A stretch of 64,000 nucleotides of DNA from a phage. The notes under the pieces were generated by a model. The model did no database searches and was not told where the DNA came from. It was given only the letters and a program-made list of their open reading frames with translations. Where the stretch lies: the sequence record PZ386953.1, one strand, 5' to 3'. This document shows positions 57,850-64,000 of this stretch, piece by piece. Every line of letters begins with the position of its first letter. The first letter of the stretch is position 1. Made by a program: the position numbers and the translations under genes.

Positions 57850-58200
57850 ATGAAAGTTAAATTATATTACCTCAATGAGCTTAACCCGCTTGCACAAGTC
57901 CACGCCCTGGATAACGCTGTTTATTGTGAAAAGTCTATATACAGTGTTGAGCTTAACGCTATGCGTGAACGCCTTAAAGGCGGTTACTTTGACATCCATG
58001 CTGCAATCAACGGCCTGAATATAGAATTTATCCGCTTACGTAACAGCCGCCAGAATCTGGCAAGAATGGAACAAGATCCGGCCCACCTTCGTAAGCTGGT
58101 TATTGAAAATCATCTGATGTTTAATGCCGATGGTGATTATTACCATTTTCACCGTAAACGCTGGTACCGTAGCGGCAATATAGGAAAGAATGCAAAATAA
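57850..58200 (+). CDS. hypothetical early protein
   Basis: 116 aa; terminator follows. Confidence 0.45.
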   Translation: MKVKLYYLNELNPLAQVHALDNAVYCEKSIYSVELNAMRERLKGGYFDIHAAINGLNIEFIRLRNSRQNLARMEQDPAHLRKLVIENHLMFNADGDYYHFHRKRWYRSGNIGKNAK

Positions 58201-58236
58201 GGCCCCTGGCAGGGCCTGCAGCGATATAATCACATA

Positions 58237-58270
58237 AAGGCTATGCGGTTGCATAGCCTTTATTATTTTG
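58237..58270 (+). terminator. intrinsic terminator
   Basis: AGGCTATGC-GGTT-GCATAGCCT then TTATTATTTT. Confidence 0.65.
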
Positions 58271-58406
58271 GCGTTACAGCGGCCCCCAAGGCGCTTAAAA
58301 AATTTTTAAAGAAGTACTTGCATCAAGTCCTACAATATGGATAATAAAGGGTGTCGGGGGGCGGTGAGGCCTCCAATCATTAACCGGATAGATAGGAGTT
58401 AAAACC

Positions 58407-58691
58407 ATGGCTATTGTTACCGTTGGCGATGTAGTAGAAATGGAAGCCAAATACTTAAAAGCTGGTATGCATATCATACGGAATGATCAAGAATTGTTAT
58501 TAACCATGGTTGAATATAATCCCGGTCAGGATTATCCAAGCATTGACTACTTTTTCCAGTATGTTGATGAAGAATTAAAAGAGGATGAGGCTTATCAGGG
58601 TGAATTTTGTAATTTCTTTTGCTCTGATGAGGTTGTAAAAGTTATCTATCAACCTGGCGTACCTTTCCCGCTGCACGCTATCAATAAATAA
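58407..58691 (+). CDS. hypothetical early protein
   Basis: 94 aa; promoter-like 58318-58346; repeated leader ATAGGAGTTAAAACCATGGC. Confidence 0.45.
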   Translation: MAIVTVGDVVEMEAKYLKAGMHIIRNDQELLLTMVEYNPGQDYPSIDYFFQYVDEELKEDEAYQGEFCNFFCSDEVVKVIYQPGVPFPLHAINK

Positions 58692-58747
58692 ACCTGGCGG
58701 GGCCGAAAAGGCCCCCCAATTATGAAAATAAAGAGAGGCAAATCATC

Positions 58748-58981
58748 ATGATGGAACAAATTAAACGCGCCGAGGCTATTAATGGCAACGTGATCTATTT
58801 TGTCAGCAAAAACGAAAAAGGCGTACCCTATGCGGCGGTAATAGTACAGCCTGACGGCGATTATTGGTGCACTGTGTACGGCGCTTATTCTTTTGGGCGT
58901 CCGGTGCATGATAAAATTTTGAAAGTAGCGAACCCTACCGGGAAAAATATTACAGCAGAAAAATTTTTTGAAAATAGTTGA
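58748..58981 (+). CDS. hypothetical early protein
   Basis: 77-aa ORF after hairpin 58699-58715. Confidence 0.4.
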   Translation: MMEQIKRAEAINGNVIYFVSKNEKGVPYAAVIVQPDGDYWCTVYGAYSFGRPVHDKILKVANPTGKNITAEKFFENS

Positions 58982-59005
58982 CATGACTATATAAAACTGT
59001 AGTAT
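58978..59005 (+). promoter_or_regulatory. sigma70-like early promoter
   Basis: TTGACA-16 bp-TAGTAT. Confidence 0.45.
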
Positions 59006-59057
59006 ATAAATCAAAGGGGGCAACAAGCCCCACCAACCACAAAGAGGATAAAAAATC

Positions 59058-59237
59058 ATGGCTATTATTGCAAAGACCGAGATCGTAGGCTTAGATTCTA
59101 TTCTCCTCGCATATGAGGAAGCTATAGAAATGTATGTGGTTTCCTATGGTGAGTATATCCGTGAATATGAATCTATTGATCTAGCTTTTGAATGTTATAT
59201 TCGCCAGGTTAATAAAGCGTACGATGATTATCGTTAA
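59058..59237 (+). CDS. small protein (59 aa)
   Basis: ATG after AAAGAGGATAAAAAATC; promoter 58978-59005; below tool cutoff. Confidence 0.4.
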   Translation: MAIIAKTEIVGLDSILLAYEEAIEMYVVSYGEYIREYESIDLAFECYIRQVNKAYDDYR

Positions 59238-59328
59238 AATAGTTTGACAACAAACAACCATCTAACAAAGCATAATACATAAGGTGGTAGAATGATCCGC
59301 CACCCGGAACAAAGAAGAGGTAAACACC

Positions 59329-59574
59329 ATGAAAAGCAATAAAGGTTATAACGGTTACAAAAACAAAACTCATTGGAATGTAAGCCTTTGGATTAATAAC
59401 GATGAGTCATTGTACCGGTTGGCCCAAGGATTTATTAACGCTAATGCTAATCGTAATGATGCGGCGCGGGATATGATGCTTTTTCTGGAGCTAACCGGAC
59501 AAGATAAGACCCCGGACGGCTTCAAGTACAGCACTACGGCGATCCGTGCCGCGATGGTTGGAATGAAACACTAA
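59329..59574 (+). CDS. hypothetical early protein
   Basis: 81 aa; AAGAAGAGG RBS. Confidence 0.45.
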   Translation: MKSNKGYNGYKNKTHWNVSLWINNDESLYRLAQGFINANANRNDAARDMMLFLELTGQDKTPDGFKYSTTAIRAAMVGMKH

Positions 59575-59651
59575 AAGCACATAGCCGCCTTACCCTGGGG
59601 CTGTAGTAGCGGCCCCATGAATAAGGTTACTAACAGAAGAGAATAAACACT

Positions 59652-59756
59652 ATGAAACAGAAATTAATCGATGCAGTGATCTTGGTTATTGCCCTGGGTA
59701 TTGGCCTGATTGCAACCATGTCTAATATGATCTTGTCTTCCAACGGTATCGGGTGA
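59652..59756 (+). CDS. small membrane peptide (34 aa)
   Basis: Single hydrophobic helix; weak RBS; below tool cutoff. Confidence 0.25.
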   Translation: MKQKLIDAVILVIALGIGLIATMSNMILSSNGIG

Positions 59757-59765
59757 GGTTGGCAA

Positions 59766-59981
59766 ATGATCACTAACAAAACAGGCAAAACAGAATTTTT
59801 ACGCAACTTACAGATCGGCAAGCCTGAGATCTGGTACTGCACTAAAACACCGCGTGACGAAATGAAAGACTTCACCGCCACGCTGCAACGGGTAAAGATA
59901 TCTATCACGCAGAAAAAGGCCTTACTAGTGGTGGAAGGGGAGATCCCCCAAACCGTTGTTATAGTTGAGCGTACAGCATAG
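59766..59981 (+). CDS. hypothetical protein
   Basis: 71-aa ORF. Confidence 0.4.
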   Translation: MITNKTGKTEFLRNLQIGKPEIWYCTKTPRDEMKDFTATLQRVKISITQKKALLVVEGEIPQTVVIVERTA

Positions 59982-60072
59982 TTTAATTTATACCGATACC
60001 CGAAAATTAACCAACAAAGCATAAACAGGCGGTTACCGCCGCCTTAAACGTAGCAGAAAGAGGATAGACACA

Positions 60073-60363
60073 ATGAAAAAGATGATCGCAGTGGTTGCCC
60101 TGGTTGTTGGACTTAGTGCGCCTGCAATGGCTAATGAGCTGGCAAAAGAGGTTAATCTAACGGATATTCATGCCGTCAATCGAATCGGGGTTACTTATCG
60201 CTTATGCCTTGCCACTAAAACTTTTAATGACGGTACAACAGAGTACTACGGGTTTGAGGGTATCCGGTGCGGTGAGCTTGCTCGCGACCTTAAGGAAGAT
60301 CCAGACCTGGAAGATCTGCCCATCACCGTAAACGGTAAAGCTTACGTAAACCGCCAACAATAA
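60073..60363 (+). CDS. secreted/periplasmic small protein
   Basis: Signal peptide MKKMIAVVALVVGLSAPAMA; AAAGAGGAT leader. Confidence 0.45.
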   Translation: MKKMIAVVALVVGLSAPAMANELAKEVNLTDIHAVNRIGVTYRLCLATKTFNDGTTEYYGFEGIRCGELARDLKEDPDLEDLPITVNGKAYVNRQQ

Positions 60364-60379
60364 GTAAGGGAGATGTAAA

Positions 60380-60571
60380 ATGAATACTGAACAAGTTAGA
60401 AAGGTATTGGCGGTACTGCGTTATCATAATCATAGAAAGGTCATAGACGATCCTGATTATGTAGATTCAAGCCTGGAAGAAGACACGCTACAAGCTATCA
60501 GCCATATGCAAGAATTGCTTAAGCGCATGACAGAGAAAAACCGACCGGACTACATAGGGGGTAAAATATGA
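60380..60571 (+). CDS. hypothetical protein
   Basis: 63 aa; AAGGGAG RBS. Confidence 0.4.
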   Translation: MNTEQVRKVLAVLRYHNHRKVIDDPDYVDSSLEEDTLQAISHMQELLKRMTEKNRPDYIGGKI

Positions 60572-60879
60572 TCGCTATTACGCCAACCGTTTTAGATTGG
60601 TATCGGCAACGCATAGCTCCTCCGCTGGCTATCTTCAAAGATGCGGAATCAAAACAACGCCGGATCTCAATACATGAGATCATCAACCTTAACGCTGGAG
60701 GCACACCATACCGCCCAGGGCCTGGCCGTGAGATGGACAATACGTTAGCGATCCTGAAGATACGCCGTAAACGGTCCTCCCTTACGCTGGACTCCTTACA
60801 CACAATGCAGTCTCCGTTCCAGGTGACCGGGAAACGGATCGCCAGGTCCTGGACAAAGGCCAATGATCGGACCGTATAA
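60568..60879 (+). CDS. hypothetical basic protein
   Basis: 103 aa; ATGA overlap. Confidence 0.4.
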   Translation: MIAITPTVLDWYRQRIAPPLAIFKDAESKQRRISIHEIINLNAGGTPYRPGPGREMDNTLAILKIRRKRSSLTLDSLHTMQSPFQVTGKRIARSWTKANDRTV

Positions 60880-60967
60880 ATAAAAAGTGCTTTGGTACTG
60901 ATTTTGGGGGTTGACTTGTTCGGCCCCTTTTGCTATTCTTATTAAACGGGCGGCACTTGGGAACAGG

Positions 60968-60990
60968 GGGAGACAATCACCGGGCCTGCC
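60968..60990 (-). repeat. 23-bp GC-rich element, copy C (inverted)
   Basis: GGGAGACAATCACCGGGCCTGCC is the exact reverse complement of copy A. Confidence 0.75.
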
Positions 60991-61098
60991 TGTCATATAA
61001 GAACTATAAAAACCGTTGACATCTGCCAGGTGGTGGGGTAACATTTATCTTGAAGGGGCAAAAGTGCCCACACAACAACCAGAAGAGAGGAAAACATT

Positions 61099-61371
61099 AT
61101 GTCAAGCTGGATTAATCAAGAAGTCGAATCACGTTTTAATGCTATTTGGGATCTCATCGAAAAAGAGGACGGAACATCAAGCCCTTATCTCAATAATCTT
61201 GAATTCCATTTCGTGGAAGCGATGAACGCAGAACATGATCACGAAGGTGGTGCGGATGAGTTCGCTAAAGGGTATGGCTTCAACAATGCCAACGAAATGA
61301 TCGAGGCGGTTGTACTCCAGGCTGAGGAAGATTATCAATTAAAAACGCTTGAATTCTGCCGCCGTAAGTAA
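61099..61371 (+). CDS. acidic early protein
   Basis: 90 aa, D/E-rich; promoter 61005-61034 and leader hairpin. Confidence 0.45.
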   Translation: MSSWINQEVESRFNAIWDLIEKEDGTSSPYLNNLEFHFVEAMNAEHDHEGGADEFAKGYGFNNANEMIEAVVLQAEEDYQLKTLEFCRRK

Positions 61372-61433
61372 TAAGATAATGACACGGGCCAAAAGGCCCA
61401 CTAAACAAAAACCACATAAAGAGGAAAAACATC

Positions 61434-61697
61434 ATGAAACGTCTTGACCAGCTCAAACTAGTTCAATATATGGCTTATCGTGTTCTGGAAGTCCAGAAAG
61501 GTAGCAAAAAAGAGGTTTGCGAGAAAGCTTATAAGATCTTTACCCGCAAAAAAGATGACTGGATGCTACGCCAGACCAAAAAGGCTGACATCTTGGGGTA
61601 CCTGGAAGAAGAGATCCGACTTGAAGAACAAGAAGAGATCCGCCGTAGTGAGGCAGATTATCAGGCAGCTTGGGAAAACTGGATGAGCAACAAATAA
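61434..61697 (+). CDS. hypothetical early protein
   Basis: 87 aa; AAAGAGGAAAAACATCATG leader. Confidence 0.45.
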   Translation: MKRLDQLKLVQYMAYRVLEVQKGSKKEVCEKAYKIFTRKKDDWMLRQTKKADILGYLEEEIRLEEQEEIRRSEADYQAAWENWMSNK

Positions 61698-61763
61698 TAC
61701 AACAAGTTACATGGTCAGGGGCAATAAAGCCCCTTGATCACATAAAAATTATGCTATCCTTGG

Positions 61764-61792
61764 TTGACAGGGATCGGCAGTTTTGCTATATT
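61764..61792 (+). promoter_or_regulatory. sigma70-like early promoter
   Basis: TTGACA-17 bp-TATATT. Confidence 0.5.
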
Positions 61793-61842
61793 CTTTTTTG
61801 AAGGGAAGTTGTAAGAAAATTAACTGAGAGGTAAAAAACACC

Positions 61843-62262
61843 ATGAACATTAAATCTGATAATCCGGCATATAGCTTTGATAACGCTTTTTGTCACGGTC
61901 CGGCGGCGAAAGGATTCGAAATCGATGGTAAACTAATTATTGTCAATGTTGACGGGGAAGAGGTTGCAGTATATCCGGTGGCGGACGTTAAAAGCCGTCT
62001 ACAATGCCGCATGGATGTTACCGCCTATCAGCTTGATCCGGTCCGCGTAGTTGCCCTGGTCCTGGAGGAAGAGATCAAAGCCATGCATCATAGCAACAAG
62101 TTTATCGGTGACGCGCAAGATAATATGAAGGTATGCCGCCATAAAGTTAACGAAGTTCTTAAAGAATACGGCTTCAAAGATCTGATGATCAAGCGTGATG
62201 AAAAATTCCGCTATCGTAATGACCTGGCAAATCGAATCTATCAAATATACGAATCATTATAA
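61843..62262 (+). CDS. hypothetical early protein
   Basis: 139 aa; promoter 61764-61792; terminator follows. Confidence 0.5.
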   Translation: MNIKSDNPAYSFDNAFCHGPAAKGFEIDGKLIIVNVDGEEVAVYPVADVKSRLQCRMDVTAYQLDPVRVVALVLEEEIKAMHHSNKFIGDAQDNMKVCRHKVNEVLKEYGFKDLMIKRDEKFRYRNDLANRIYQIYESL

Positions 62263-62280
62263 TTTCTTAACTGAACTATC

Positions 62281-62310
62281 AGGGGCTTTAAAAGGCCCCT
62301 TTCTTTTTGT
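62281..62310 (+). terminator. intrinsic terminator
   Basis: AGGGGC...GCCCCT hairpin then TTCTTTTTG, ends the early array. Confidence 0.65.
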
Positions 62311-62879
62311 CTGTATTTCTCCTACCACAAACGGCCCCACCTGGCAAGTGGAATAATTGACTAGCCATCAATCCCACACACTGTACAAATATACATGTAA
62401 AATAGCTATTGCATAATCTTTCATTGTGTGGTAGCAGGGCCATTTTTACACGTTTTTCCTTCCAAAATTGCACGTAATGCCGCTATTGCACAAAATTTAA
62501 CCTGATGCATATCTTCAGTGTCTTGTCAACAACTAAAAATCTTTATAAGTCATACACTTACACACTCACAAAAGCGTGTTCTACGTGAAAAATCGAGTAT
62601 AACTATAGCCGCCAGATCTCAGAATTTACGTACGTTCACCATTCTATAGTCTGCTAAGTATTTATTCCAACCATAGAATAATGGAATAGTCAATACCTGC
62701 ATAAAATAATTATTCGTGTAAACTGCATAACATAAATCAGCTTAGGTGTCAACATTTTTCGTAAACAGCCTGAAATTATCACGGTGAGTTATCATAAACA
62801 GAGAAATCTTTAGTCGTCTAATGTTTACTGTACATTACTATACTTACTGGAATCATTAGATGACTAAGAGAAAGATAAG

Positions 62880-63360
62880 AAATAATTAACAATACAATTA
62901 TTTTATCTGTAACAATAAGGCAACTATGCAAACGAATGGCATGGCGCGACGGAGTCGCGACATAATATAAAAGCAGTAACCATCACCCCCGTGATAGTTT
63001 GTCTGCAAACTATTAATCAGATCATAGTTGCCTTGTATTTAGTTAATCATGACATAACAAGCAAGGCAACTATAGATCTGCTAATAGTTGCCCTGCTTTT
63101 ATATTATGTCATATATTATTAACCTGTTAATTGTCAGCTTATTGGCTGTTAGCTTGTCAATTGTTAACTTGTTAATTGTTATCATGCAAACGAATGTCAT
63201 GGCTTATCATCTTTGTGTAAACAGTCAATCATGTAAATGATAAGTATGTGAACAGTTATCCATGTAAACTATTAGACATGTAAACAATCAGGTGTGCAAA
63301 AGTGTCATAGTATGTCACTATTGTGTCTAAAGTGTCACCAGTATGTCAGACAAGTTTTTC
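62880..63360. repeat. repeat-dense AT-rich non-coding region
   Basis: AAGGCAACTAT in alternating orientation x4 (62918, 63026, 63063, 63085); GCAAACGAATG(G/T)CATGGC x2; several (T/C)GTAAAC motifs; TTAATTGT repeats. Confidence 0.6.
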
Positions 63361-64000
63361 TCCTCTTTGTCAAGTGCTGCATGAAAAATTTACAAACTGG
63401 TATGGTAGCATTTTTGCGGCCCTGTTTACATTCAGCGATGTATGTATAAACCTTGCTGTGTGGGCGTTTAGACGTCTAGACGGTTGGAAGTCTGCAGGTC
63501 AATATCTAATCTATTGGCTGCTAACCATATCCCACACAAATAGTAATAAATATAATTGTTATATGCGTAAACAGTAACTCATGTTATCAATCCCTGTATG
63601 TATCGCCAGTGGTGCGCATAATGGGTATTATGTTAAATTGCCCGTAATGATAACTATTCTCACAATGATAGGTATTCTCATTCACCCCCACAAGATAGGT
63701 TGCAAATGTTGTGCCACTGTGTGAACGGCCTAGCCTATTAATTTGCCTCACTGCCTTGATATTTGAGAATTGTTATAAGAATGAGAAGTATTCCCATTTC
63801 GTCCGCTTGGCAGCACTCCAGTCGCTACCGGCTCCTGACAGGGCAGCACTCCTGTCGGTCAGGTCAAAATCGTGGTATAACTGGACCTGTTCAGATATTT
63901 CTGGCTGACTCTTCAGGCCTGTGTGGGAAAAGCCGACCCCTCCGGCGGCGGGGAGGGGGTCAATTAAAAAATTTACGGGGTATATGAAGCGCTCTTCAGG

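Noticed and set aside
62880-63360. Possible CRISPR array in the repeat-dense terminal region
   Set aside because: Repeats are short (9-18 bp), differ in sequence and orientation, and are irregularly spaced. There are no uniform repeat-spacer units and no cas genes.
63323-63908. ORFs 63323..63577 and 63711..63987 in the terminal non-coding region
   Set aside because: No RBS or promoter context, low-complexity or repeat-derived sequence, embedded in the iteron-like region.
1-64000. Prophage, integrase or attachment site
   Set aside because: No tyrosine or serine recombinase motifs, repressor/Cro switch or host-like flanking genes are visible. The content is consistent with a lytic phage, though the window ends cannot exclude other arrangements.

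Overview
64-kb window from a virulent-type tailed dsDNA phage genome; no integrase, tRNA or CRISPR array was found by eye. Host is probably proteobacterial (inference from consensus sigma70-type promoters, AGGAGG-type RBSs and an E. coli-like DDDIPF tail motif). Layout: (i) 1-17.8 kb, + strand tail-fibre/structural module: a 5'-truncated coiled-coil fibre, two paralogous receptor-binding fibres, a 581-aa fibre/spike and a 1878-aa giant protein; (ii) 17.8-24.9 kb, - strand accessory block: Zn-ribbon, HAD-like and Cys-rich proteins, four tandem paralogous small genes, a metallopeptidase-vWA protein; (iii) 24.9-50.7 kb, + strand replication module: MoxR-like AAA+ ATPase, SleB-like hydrolase, GHKL-type ATPase, PIF1-like helicase, two DNA methyltransferases, primase-helicase, family A DNA polymerase, a protein with an SSB-type C-terminal tail, a macro-domain-like protein; (iv) 50.7-51.9 kb, about 1 kb non-coding region with iteron-like repeats and a tandemly duplicated GC-rich element; (v) 51.9-62.3 kb, about 30 small early-type genes in repeated promoter-hairpin-leader cassettes; (vi) 62.3-64.0 kb, AT-rich repeat-dense non-coding region. 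The most unusual signals are non-coding: a 23-bp element present in both orientations flanking the early array, Fur-box-like sequences, a 46-bp palindromic promoter box in 3-4 copies, and a 29-bp perfect inverted repeat spanning two start-codon regions at the strand switch. All functional calls are motif-level readings by eye; no database search was run.
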